Translations under genes and position numbers: made by a program | Notes under the pieces: generated by a model | Database searches by the model: none | What the model was told of the DNA's origin: nothing | The model's input: only the letters and a program-made list of their open reading frames with translations | DNA from: Octopus bimaculoides | Taxonomy: Eukaryota | Assembly: GCF_001194135.2 (NCBI RefSeq) | Contig: NC_069003.1 | Location: 32,165,770-32,229,769 of the forward strand | Length of the DNA stretch: 64,000 bases | Reading direction: 5' to 3' | In this document: positions 52,526-64,000 of the stretch, piece after piece | Numbering within the stretch: position 1 is the stretch's first letter | How the letters are laid out: the number at the start of each line of letters is the position of its first letter

Positions 52526-53038
52526 TACTAAGAGGATTTTGGCAGGCATCCCCTTAATTTTTCTAAAAAAAATATGATGTAAGACATCTTAACTTTCAAA
52601 ATATTTATTTACATTAGTTGTTTCCTGCTGCTGCTTTTACTGCACCTAAATTTAACTCACTTCTGAAATTTCAAATTCTTGATACCTTCCTGTGGAAATA
52701 TTCTCCATGCCCTTTTTCAGGGTTTGCTCCCCCCACCTCATCTGTGTCTACAGAAAGGACACACAAACACATACATACATACACTTCTGCTGCACATATT
52801 GGGTTTCATTTTCAATCAACAGCCAGCTGTTTTGTGGTCAATAATATCCACGAACGTTCCTTGCATAAAAAAAACTTGTTTGAAATCGAGGCTGAAATCC
52901 TTTTCCCATCAATACTACAATATGATATATCGATACATATTAATTTCTTTATTTCTTTAAAGGGGAAAATAGGTAAGTTAATACACACACACACACAGCT
53001 ATATATAAATATGCCCATATAGGTATGTATACTTGTAC

Positions 53039-53076
<38 letters not shown>

Positions 53077-53984
53077 CTCCTGCCTCCCCCCTGAACAAGA
53101 AGTGAACAAATCCGGATATAATTTACTGCATGTTACTGGAAGTAACTGTGGGTGTGATAAAGGCTCTCTGAATATTGATTGCATGAAAAAAAATCTTTGA
53201 AGAAAGGAGTTAGAGCAATGCTATATATATTATATTTTTATCAAGCCCTTCTTATTAGAAAAGGTTTTTTTTTATTGTTATTATTATTATCAGTTATCAG
53301 TATTATTTTCCCTTATTGAACATAATTTTTGGATATGTTTTTCAAAATGACCTGAATTTATACACAGGCTTTTATTTTTCCCCATGAGTCATATTTTAGG
53401 AATCTTATCTTCAAAATTTGTGAGTGACTGAGTGATTGAGGAAGTGTGTATGTGTGTGTGTATGTATGTGTTTGTGTGTGTGTGTGTGCCTCCATGTGCA
53501 TTTGTGAGGTGGCAGAGGGGGAGAGATTATCATGTAAGATCTGCTTTTCAACAAGTTTCTATTGGGAAATTCCTCTGATAGATTAGTTTGTTGGGCAAAT
53601 TGGATTACAGCAAACCAATGAAGCTTTCTTTATGTGCCTTGTTTTATATAAAGTATGATATTTGCATGTCTTTTGAGTATTAAGGAATGGCAGAGAAAAG
53701 GAATTTCATATTCCTTCTGATGAATTAAGAATTTTCCTAATGTGGTCTTATGTGTCTTTTTATATTTTTTTTCCTTGCTAAGATTGCTTCGAAAAAGAAC
53801 TGGAGAAATGTTTGGCTTTAGTTTGTTAGCTTGTTTGTTTGTATGCTTCTCTGAACAATTAATAACAAAAATTTGCAATTTAGAGAAATCTGTCTGCTGA
53901 TTTAATCCATAACATAATGATATTATTGTCATTGTGGAATCTTTTTTAGCTGGGCTCTTAGTAAGACTTCCATTCGGTACTGGA

Positions 53985-54130
53985 TGCTTATGAGGCTGTA
54001 ATTAGAATGAGGGAACCAAATTTCTCTCAAATCACACCCCTACCAGCTTAGAAAGAGGAAGAGCACAGATAATTCTATCTTGAAGTACACTGGCTGAGGA
54101 AAAGAAAAATAATAATGGTCATGGCCTCAG
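53985..54130 (+). repeat. Abundant unclassified interspersed repeat (ccaaatctccctcaaatcacaccctacc family)
   Basis: Diverged copies at about 2985, 8100, 18200, 18560, 31320, 32570, 34040, 54680, 57520-57960 and 58920, on both strands. Confidence 0.65.
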
Positions 54131-54388
54131 AAACATACCAAGAGGGTCAGAGGGTAGGGGAAATGCCCTGGTTGTAGGTGTGAAGGGTACAAAATGTCAT
54201 TTGATTTACTGCCTATTAAGGTGGAGGGTACTAAAAGTCTCTTTGTCCTGGGTACTAAAAATCCATATTATGTCACTGCATAACTTGGCTACCTTCAATC
54301 ATATATCTGATCAATCAGGGCTGACAAACAATGATATCACGAGAAATGAATTAGGTAACCCTGTTGCCCCCTCCTTTAAGTTCTTTAA

Positions 54389-54617
54389 CTCTTTCAGTTC
54401 ACAGCATGCTTTGGAGCAGTCCTGTATGGTCATCTCCCTGTGTATAGACCATTCAACAGTTTGCTATTTTTTGTATTTGACAGAAAATGAAAACATTTTG
54501 AAAAGTATTTGCTCTACATATGTTAAAAGGTAACATTCTATAGATTAATTAGATTACATTAAAAGATATTCTGTACAGGGGTTTATGTCCACTAAAAAGA
54601 ATATTGCTCTAAAAGGG
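54389..54617. mobile_element. Second TTAA-flanked MITE-like element
   Basis: TTAA-ctctttcag..ctaaaaggg-TTAA; short imperfect TIRs and an interior unrelated to the 32193 family. Confidence 0.4.
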
Positions 54618-57597
54618 TTAAAATTACTTGAATTTCAATATTGCAAGCTAACAAAATATGTTGTATCAGCACCCATTTAGAAGATCCATGATCAAAGACA
54701 TTCCATCCATGACTGCCTTGTTTTTTTTAATGAAATATTGTGTACCTAGGATTACCATATCAAATGTGTCCTTTTTTTAAGACAGTAAAAAAAAAAAAAA
54801 AATGTGGCTGCTATTTCTAGCAAATCAAGTGGCCAATCAAGGTTTCTCTGTTGGCTCAAATGTACAGCTCTTACAATCTTTACATGGAATGTATCATACC
54901 TGCTTAAAGTTATTTGAACCGAGTGATCAAAGATAAATTCATACAATGTCTAATAAATTCATCATGGCTAATTTTGTCACAGTAAATTTGTCATTTGTAG
55001 TTTCATTGCTCAGTATTTATATCACAAGCCAATACATTGTTGGTTAATTCATTTTCATGTCAAATACTTCAATGGTAAATTTATCAGAGGTCATCACATT
55101 GCACTCAATATATCATCTGTAATTTCATTGTATGGAAATTAACATTGTAAGCCAGTTACATCATCAGTAAATTCATCTTTAAGCCAATATCATCATCAGT
55201 AAATTCATTGTCATGCCAATTGCATTGTTAATAAATTTCATTGTCATGCTGTTTTATCTGCAGAGTAAATACATCGTTAAACTTTAAATAAAGTTTTTAT
55301 TCACAATGTAAATAAGTTCTACTTCATTGCTAATTTGGTAGATGGAAATTAAAAGAAGCCTGTCATGTGTGCATTATTGTCTTTTTGTCTTGACATCATA
55401 TAATAGTTGTAAATGAATGCCGCTGGTTTTGCAAGCAGTGTTTTCTGTTCATAGCCTTCCATGGAAACATGTCTGGTTATGGGGAATATTATCTTGCTTG
55501 GAAACAGGTGAGAGTTGGCAACAAGAAGGGCATCCAACTAGAAAATTCACCACAACGAAATTCTGTCAGACCCATGCAAGCAAGGCAAAAGTAGACATTA
55601 AACGATGGTGATGATGAAAAAATTATCAATATCAAATTTACTCAATATACATACATGAAGAAAACAAATCAATGTTACTTTTAAAAATAGAATCACAAAA
55701 AATATTGCAGTAAAATATATTGCACAATTTTAAATTGGAAGAAAGAAGGCAACATTGTAAAATGCTCAAATTATATAAGTTCTGCCTTTTAATATAATCC
55801 AGTGTTTTGTGATTTTGATACTCATTGCTATTGCATTGAATTCTTACTCTACTCTCTGTATATTTCTTTTTGAAATTTGGTATTTTCATTTGATTATTTA
55901 TTCATGCCTTGATTGTTCTTTTATTCAAGATTTTTATAAATTTCCAGATTAGAGGATGGAATGTTTTGTCTCTGAATTTCACTATCATTGTTGACTAAAC
56001 ATGACATTTATTTCTGTGAATGAAAAATTGAATTCACGTTTAATGATGTATTTACACTGTGGATAAAAAAATAAACAGAAGAAAAAAAACGTATGACAAT
56101 GAATTTACTGACAAGATATTTGGCTTGTTATGTCACTATCTGGCAATGAAATTTACCAGGTGATGAAATTTCAGGTAGTATATTCTAATGAATTTACGCC
56201 AATAAATTTATAGTGGACTGATCAAAGTCCAGGGTATAGTTTGAGCATAAGATAATTTTGTCTTCCCTTCAGTTAAATGCTTGATATCCTTATTGACTCA
56301 AGGCTGTTATTGCTTAGCACAAGTTATTTTCTGTTTTGGAGACATATATTCAAAAGCATTCTTACATCACCAGCTTGTCTTTTGGGGGGTTCTTGCATTA
56401 CATTACCCAGTGTGTCCTTCATTTTTTTTAAAGGTAAATAGTGTATAATACAAGATTGCTGTTGTTGTGTAGCCCTTAATGTATCTCTGATTGACCAACT
56501 CTATGGGTTAATAATAATGCACAGCACAATGATTCATTCATATTTTCATTTATACCTTTTTTTCTAACCCAGGACCTTACTGCACATTCTGACATACAGT
56601 GATGAATCATAAGGTGTGATATCATCATCATCATTTTAATGTTTGCTTTTCCATGCCTGCATAGGTTGAACAGAGTTCATTGAGGCAAATTTTCTGTGAC
56701 TGGATGCCCCTCCTGTTACTAACCCTCGCCTATTTCCAAGCAAAGTAATATTTCTCCATAGCCAGACATGTTTTCACAGAATGTTGGAAGTGAATGGCAT
56801 TCACTTACAACATAATGCAGTGTCAAGACAAGGAGACACAAACACTTGCATGCATGTAAGCATGCACACATATATTACACAAACTTGTTACCAGTTCAAA
56901 TATGCTTTGAGGCATACTCAAACTTGTAAGAAAGCCATTCACTGTATTTTGCCATGAAGAAAATCTCTTGTAGTAGATGAATAGGTGTAAATACAATGAG
57001 TCAGTCTTCCCTAACCGGACTGTGAGATGCATGCACTTCAAAGTGGTTATCTCCTCTTCAGGAAGCTTCTTTCAGTTTCTCTCTACCAAATCCACTTACA
57101 AGGCTTAGGTTGGCCTGGGGCTGTAGGAGACATCACTTGCTCAAAGTACCACACAACAGGACTGAACCTGAAAACCATGTTGTTTGGAAGCAAAGTTCTT
57201 AACCACACATCCATCTCTGTGCCTATAGCCATTCTACATATTGAACTCACTTGACTGTTTAGTCTATTCTTATATGCTTATAGATTCTGAAGGTGGCCTT
57301 AGTGGAGACGGGGGAAGATTTTGTCTGGGCACAATAGTTCTGTTTATCTATACTGATTATTGGTTTTGTGCATCTTGAGAGAATGTTTGGACGTCAGTCA
57401 GCTACTGTTAAAGTTACCTCTACTTTTCTTGTTTGTGTGTCTGAGCCAAGTGAGACAGATGGAGATTTTAGGAGGTACATTTGGTATTATGATAAAATTC
57501 ACACAAGTCAAAGAGGAATCCTCTACATGCTTTATCAGCCTGTTAGAAATAACAGCTAAATCCTATCCTTCTCAAAGTAAATAATCTTAAAAACATT

Positions 57598-57735
57598 GAG
57601 ATGGCTGGGCATGATTTAAGAAGATCTCCAATGGCTCAACATTATCTTGGAGGATGTAAAGGGGCTGGCTTGAAACCACCAACAATGGCAGGTGGAGCAC
57701 GGGTGGACCTAGTCCACTCTATGCATGATGATGAT
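57598..57735 (+). mobile_element. RTE LINE extreme 3' fragment
   Basis: WLGMI*EDLQWLNIILEDVKGLA*NHQQWQ followed by a gatgatgat tail; it interrupts a copy of another repeat. Confidence 0.6.
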
Positions 57736-58204
57736 TTTGAGACCATTAGCCTGGGATGAACCCACCCTCATTGAGCATGAGTGAGTGAGTGAGTGACTAA
57801 AAACATTGAAATAATCTTTAAAAAATGGAAGGACATTTCAGATAATGTGATACATTTAGATACATTTATATTTGAATGAAAGACAGGATGGTCATGATTG
57901 GAATGCCTTTGATCATAGTTCTGCTTGATTCGGACTGATGTGAGACTAAACAACGACAATAAATTTCACATAAAAGCTGACTAAAAGTGTATATATATGT
58001 GAGTGTGTATGTGTGTGTATAAACGTCTGTAAATACCAACATACTGTTGAAAGCTTCCCAAACTGACTTCAATTACAGTCTCGTTTGTGAGAAATCATGT
58101 ACTCTAACCTCTGTTGAGGTATTAATGTAGTTAATTAGAAATAATTCATGAAAACGTGTCAAAGTGAATAGAAACGGAACCGTTTCCAGCTAATTTATTT
58201 CTCT

Positions 58205-58617
58205 TTCATCATCATCATCATCATCATTGTCGTCATCCTTATCATCATCATCATTCTTAACACCAATATTGTCATCACCATTAATGTCATCAATCAATAT
58301 CGCCATCATCGTCATCGTTATCATCAGTAGTCATCATCACTGTCATCTTCATCATTCTCATCACCGATATTGTCATCATTGTTGTCAGTGACCATTATGA
58401 TGAGGGTGAGGGTAATGATGATGATGATGTTAATAAATGAAGATGATGGTAAATTATGATGATAAATGATGGTAAATGATGATAGTGAATGATGATGATA
58501 AATGATGATGAGGAAGAAGACGAAGAATGATGACGAAAATAACCAATTCCTTTATTTTATATAAAATAAATCATTCTCACAATCATCATCATCATTTCCA
58601 TCATCATCATCATCATT

Positions 58618-58648
<31 letters not shown>

Positions 58649-58650
58649 TG
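58205..58650. repeat. Degenerate (ATC)n / (GAT)n / (ATC)n block
   Basis: Read directly. Confidence 0.9.
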
Positions 58651-59076
58651 ATACTGGTCTTTAGCATAACATTGTTTTTCTTGATTGTGTATCATATCTC
58701 TTAATCCCCATCATGAACAACTCTGATCTCGTCACTTCTGATCTCTTCTTTTTTTTTTTTCGGTACCAATTGACAGCACAGAACTCTTTTACCAAAATCC
58801 AATAAGATGGCTCCCTCATTGCTTTATATACTATAACCATAAGACATGAGATTTGAGTGCTATTTCTAACAGTCCAACATAACACCTTCCTTGTTGGTTT
58901 CTTTTCACACAGACAGTAAAATGTGATTCGTGGGAGATTTGGCTGCCCTCTATAGAAGTGGCTCAGGTTTTGCTTAAAATATTTAGACAGAAATTATGGA
59001 TTACTAATTAGTGTCTTTTTTTTTAAATTTCTATGTATATTTCCTGATATTGTGGAAATAGTAATAATTTATATAC

Positions 59077-59860
59077 ATAGGTGCAGGCATGGCTGTGTGG
59101 TTAAAAAAACTTGTGTTGCAACCATGTGATTTTTGGTTCAGTTTCACTACACAGCACTTTGGGCAGGTGTCTTCTACTATAGTTCTGGACCTACCAGTGC
59201 CTTGTGAATTTTGGTGACAGAAACTGGGGAAGCCTCTATGTGTGTGTGTGTTGTTTCAGTCAGGAGACTGCAGCTATGTTGGGCACTACATTGAAGGGTT
59301 TTTAGTAGAATGAATTGACCCCAGAACTTATGTTTTGTAGGCTTGGGACTCATTTTCTCAGTCTCTTTTGCTGAACTGCTAATTTATGGGGGAATAAAAA
59401 CACCAGCACCGTTGTCAAGTGGTGGTGGGGGACAAACACATACCCAAAGACACACACACACTCATGCATACACACAGCAGGTTTCTTTCAGTTTCTGTCT
59501 ACCAAATCCACTTAAAGGCTTTGGTCAGCTTGGAGGTGTGGTAGAAAACACTTGCCCAAGGTGCCATGCCGTGGAACTGAATCTAAGACTATGCGATTGG
59601 GAAGCAAACTTCTTACCACACAGCTACACCTGTGCCTACATATATATGTGTGTGTCACCCCACACACCACCTGACGACCAGTGTTTGTTTGTTCACATTC
59701 TCATAACTTAGCAGTTCGGTAATAGATTCTGACACAAAAAGCACCAAACTTAAAAAAACAAAATCGACCCTCTGTAGCGGGGTTGATTGTTTTCAATTCA
59801 AACTCTTCAAGGCAGTACCCCAGCACGGTTGCAGTCCACTGGTTTAAAAACAGGTAAAAC
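59077..59860. mobile_element. Nested composite SINEs (minus copy inside plus copy)
   Basis: Plus head 59077-59240, complete minus copy 59252-59639, plus tail 59650-59860. Confidence 0.75.
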
Positions 59861-60216
59861 ACAAAATATATACTTAATTAAGGACTTTTCCCCATAAAGA
59901 AGTTCTCACTTTTTTTTCTCCAATCCCTTTCATGTTGCTTCAACTTACCTAATTGCACCTTCCCTGATTATCTCACAAGCATTCACCCCAACTCCATACA
60001 TACATTCAGGTCCTTTATGTCTCCCTTTTTTTTTTTTTAAATAATGTGTTTTTGTATCCATTTACATTCATTTCTGTTTTTAATGTTTATTCATATTCAC
60101 ACATGCAATCTCTCTCTCTCTCTTTCTCACATACACACATACAAAGACTCTATATGTGCACATTCTTACAGGCTAACATGCATACTCTCACACGTACACA
60201 CAAACTCTCACATGCT

Positions 60217-60248
<32 letters not shown>

Positions 60249-60280
60249 ATTGTACATTTATGTACAAACATGTGTGTGTT

Positions 60281-60312
<32 letters not shown>

Positions 60313-61236
60313 ATCTTATATGTAGGCACAAACACTCTCTTATGCATATATGCCCATACACATATATATATACATTTACATACTGACATATTCAGACTCA
60401 TGTATGTATTCTCTCTCACATACATCCTACCACACACAGTCTCATACACACACACACACACACACTGACGCACACATGCACACAAACATATACAACTTAT
60501 CCAACATACTCGCACACGCATACTCATTTGCATGTCTCCCTCTGTTGGTTCCTCACTCTCGCCCAAATATACATACATACATACATATACACACATACAT
60601 ACATACATACCTATATNNNNNNNNNNNNNNNNNNNNNNNNNNNNNNNNNNNNNNNNNNNNNNNNNNNNNNNNNNNNNNNNNNNNNNNNNNNNNNNNNNNN
60701 NNNNNNNNNNNNNNNNNNNNNNNNNNNNNNNNNNNNNNNNNNNNNNNNNNNNNNNNNNNNNNNNNNNNNNNNNNNNNNNNNNNNNNNNNNNNNNNNNNNN
60801 NNNNNNNNNNNNNNNNNNNNNNNNNNNNNNNNNNNNNNNNNNNNNNNNNNNNNNNNNNNNNNNNNNNNNNNNNNNNNNNNNNNNNNNNNNNNNNNNNNNN
60901 NNNGGAGAAGAGTAGAGCTCTTACCGAATATTATTTAGTTGTGTTATGTATTTAAATATATGCATTAGTAATTTCTTTTCCTAATAGTTATAACAGCTTT
61001 CTTATGTATGGGCCTTGGAAACTGAAATATGACACCACCATTAGAATGCATTAATAACAATAACAACAACAACAACAATAATAATAATGATGATGGAAAG
61101 TTACATGAATTTATTTCTCTCCCCATGCTCCCCCACCCCCTTGCCATCTACCAACCCAAATTTGTCTCATATTCCATTGGAATTTTTTTTCCCCCCTAAA
61201 AACAGCAGCGGCAGCTGGCATCTGGCTTTTAGTTCG

Positions 61237-61304
61237 CCCATTCACAACAATCTTTAGTCCCATTCACAACAATCTTTAGTCCCATTCACAACAAATCTTT
61301 ACTC
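61237..61304. repeat. 22-bp tandem repeat x3 (cccattcacaacaatctttagt)
   Basis: Read directly. Confidence 0.9.
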
Positions 61305-61527
61305 CCTTTTTATTACTCCATCTTTTTTACTCCCCCAACTTTTTTTTATTTTTTAACACCATCATTATTCCTTCTCGCCCCCTCCCCCCACCTCCACCCT
61401 TGTATTTTCATTTCAGTTTCCTCGTATTGCATTACGGAAAAAAAAAAAAAAAAAAAATTCAGAAAAAAAAAACCCCTAAATTTTCTTCTTGCATGATAAA
61501 TCTGCATGAAATATATCAAACATCTGT

Positions 61528-61559
<32 letters not shown>

Positions 61560-61790
61560 TAATTGTAGTAGTAGTAGTAGTGGTAGTGGTGGTGGTGGTG
61601 TTGGTAGTAGTAGTCGTAGTAGTAGTAGTAGTCGTAGTAGTAGTGGTGGTGGTGGTGGTAGTGTTGGTAGTAGTAGTGGTGGTGGTGGTGGTGGTGGTAG
61701 TAGTCGTAGTAGTAGTGATGTTGGTGTTGGTAGTAGTTGTAGTAGTAGCAGCAGCAGCAATAGTTTTTGTTGTAGTAGTAGTAGTAGCAG
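61528..61790. repeat. (GTA)/(GTG)/(GCA) trinucleotide array
   Basis: Read directly; accounts for the poly-V, poly-T and poly-L ORFs. Confidence 0.95.
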
Positions 61791-62462
61791 TAAGAGCTGA
61801 GTATTTTACTTCTTTCTTTCCATCTTTTCTCTGCTCCGCCAATACCACCACCNNNNNNNNNNNNNNNNNNNNNNNNNNNNNNNNNNNNNNNNNNNNNNNN
61901 NNNNNNNNNNNNNNNNNNNNNNNNNNNNNNNNNNNNNNNNNNNNNNNNNNNNNNNNNNNNNNNNNNNNNNNNNNNNNNNNNNNNNNNNNNNNNNNNNNNN
62001 NNNNNNNNNNNNNNNNNNNNNNNNNNNNNNNNNNNNNNNNNNNNNNNNNNNNNNNNNNNNNNNNNNNNNNNNNNNNNNNNNNNNNNNNNNNNNNNNNNNN
62101 NNNNNNNNNNNNNNNNNNNNNNNNNNNNNNNNNNNNNNNNNNNNNNNNNNNNNNNNNNNNNNNNNNNNNNNNNNNNNNNNNNNNNNNNNNNNNNNNNNNN
62201 NNNNNNNNNNNNNNNNNNNNNNNNNNNNNNNNNNNNNNNNNNNNNNNNNNNNNNNNNNNNNNNNNNNNNNNNNNNNNNNNNNNNNNNNNNNNNNNNNNNN
62301 NNNNNNNNNNNNNNNNNNNNNNNNNNNNNNNNNNNNNNNNNNNNNNNNNNNNNNNNNNNNNNNNNNNNNNNNNNNNNNNNNNNNNNNNNNNNNNNNNNNN
62401 NNNNNNNNNNNNNNNNNNNNNNNNNNNNNNNNNNNNNNNNNNNNNNNNNNNNNNNNNNNNNN

Positions 62463-62696
62463 TATTTCTTTACTACCCACAAGGGGCTACACACATAGGG
62501 GACAAACAAAGACAGACAAAACGGATTAAGTCGATTATATCGACCCCAGTGCGTAACTGGTACTTATTTAATCGACCCCGAAAGGATGAAAGGCCAAAGT
62601 CGACCTCGGCGGAATTTGAACTCAGAACGTAGCGGCAGACGAAATACCGCCAAGCATTTCGCCCGGCGTGCTAACGTTTCTGCTAGCTCGCCGCCT
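62463..62696 (-). mobile_element. Young intact tRNA-headed SINE
   Basis: Minus strand aaggcggcgagctagcagaaacgttagc..gagttcaaattcc (A/B boxes), then aggtcgactttggcctttcatcctttcggggtcgattaaataagtaccag; CpGs intact. Confidence 0.85.
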
Positions 62697-62928
62697 TACA
62701 CATGCATGTATGTGTGGCAGTGGATGGGTTGGATATTGACAGATATGAAACTGGAAGGACCTCTTCTGTTCAAAGAAATGCTCAGTACATTTTATGATGC
62801 CAGGTCGATATGACTCATTCAGAGTCAATCCGTACAGAGAGTTTTTTTGCCTATTTTGATTACTTAGGTAATCTTGTAACATTTACTCAAATGATCTAGC
62901 TACAATTAACTCTCTATAAGCTTAGCCC

Positions 62929-62966
<38 letters not shown>

Positions 62967-63429
62967 TACACACACCACCATCATCATCATCATCATCATT
63001 TACTGTCCATGTTCCATGTTGGACAGTTTGGCAGGATCTGACAGGTCTAAGGACTGCATTGTACTCCACCGTCTGCTTTGGCATTGTTTCCATGGCCGAA
63101 TGCCCTTCCTAATGCCAACCACATGATAGTGTGTACTGGGTGGCTTTTTCTATGCCACCAGCCCTAGTGAGGTTGTCATCATCATCATCATCATCATCGT
63201 CGTCGTCGTTTAATGTCCGCTTTCCATGCTAGCATGGGTTGGACAATTTGACTGAGGACTGAAATCATGTCGTTAGGAAGCAGACCTCTTATTATACAGC
63301 CATGCCTGCAACTATGATAGAACACATTATTTTTCCCTTTCAAGCTGAGTAAAAGCGTGGCTGCCCTTACATACAAGCTCTTCTCTTGCAACCCTCTCCA
63401 GCTGAGCACCCCTAATCTTGATGGCTCAT

Positions 63430-63640
63430 AAATGTTGGTGCCATGTAAAAAGCACCTGTACTGGTGTTGTGTAAAAGCCCTTAGTACACTCTGTAAAGTG
63501 GTTGGCATTAGGAAAGGCATCCAGCTGTAGAAACCATGTCAAAACAGACATGGAGTTTGAACAGCCCTTCAGCTGGTCAGCTCCTGTCAAGCTGTCCAAC
63601 CCATACCAGCATGGAAAACGGACGTTAAATGATGATGGTT
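63430..63640 (+). mobile_element. RTE-type tail copy
   Basis: ggcattaggaaaggcatccagctgtagaaacc..catggaaaacggacgttaaatgatgatg. Opposite-orientation copies lie at 62980-63260. Confidence 0.75.
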
Positions 63641-64000
63641 TTATTGGTTTAAGCCTTCAGTCTGTAAGTACCTTGGGGCTTCAAGAATTTTGGTTGATTC
63701 TATATACTCTGTCTGCTACTTAATTTTTGGTTGTCTGTTTATGGAATAGTTAAGTCCACCTTAAAAAGATACATACTTTGGGTAGATTAAATACTACAAG
63801 GTATTTGTGTTTGTCAACCTGAGGCTGAAGTAGGTATTAGTTTGAAGTGCCATGCATTAAGATTGAACCTGGAACCTTTCTTTAAAACACACACTCATGC
63901 CTACACCCACGTTGATTATAATCTAATATAATTAAGAAGTCTGAGGATTCATGCTTTAAATCCTGTCATGATGGCATGGCTTTTCATTTTCTAAAACATC

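Noticed and set aside
53795-53830. Plus-strand LLRKRTGEMFG, like a cNMP-binding motif
   Set aside because: Too short, with no convincing donor site; likely a chance match.
61237-61304. Short direct repeats as a CRISPR-like array (also 37630, 47610-47720, 50985-51035)
   Set aside because: The units abut with no unique spacers, there are no cas genes, and the context is eukaryotic.
194-63723. Most ORFs in the supplied track (HTHT, CVCV, IYIY, poly-V/T/H and X-run proteins)
   Set aside because: They are translations of microsatellites, SINEs or N-gaps and have no protein-like composition.

Overview
AT-rich, repeat-dense animal genomic scaffold with 8 N-gaps. From recalled repeat families, microsatellite load and CpG depletion it is most likely a coleoid cephalopod (Octopus-like); this is inference, not a database result. 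The supplied ORFs are almost all microsatellite, gap or repeat artefacts, and no recognisable protein-coding gene could be named. The window is intron/intergenic-like. It holds many tRNA-headed SINEs, 5'-truncated RTE-type tails, decayed RTE and CR1-like LINE ORF2 fragments, TTAA-flanked piggyBac-like MITEs and long microsatellites. A few weak candidate exons lie mostly on the minus strand. The most notable signal is a set of short, mutually unrelated insertions in (TA)n tracts, probably Penelope-like pLTR remnants. Three of them fold into minimal type I hammerhead ribozymes with different core variants (71-112 minus, 33585-33624 plus, 44102-44141 plus), and two others are near-perfect foldbacks. 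No CRISPR array, rRNA or bona fide tRNA gene was seen. Repeat boundaries are approximate.
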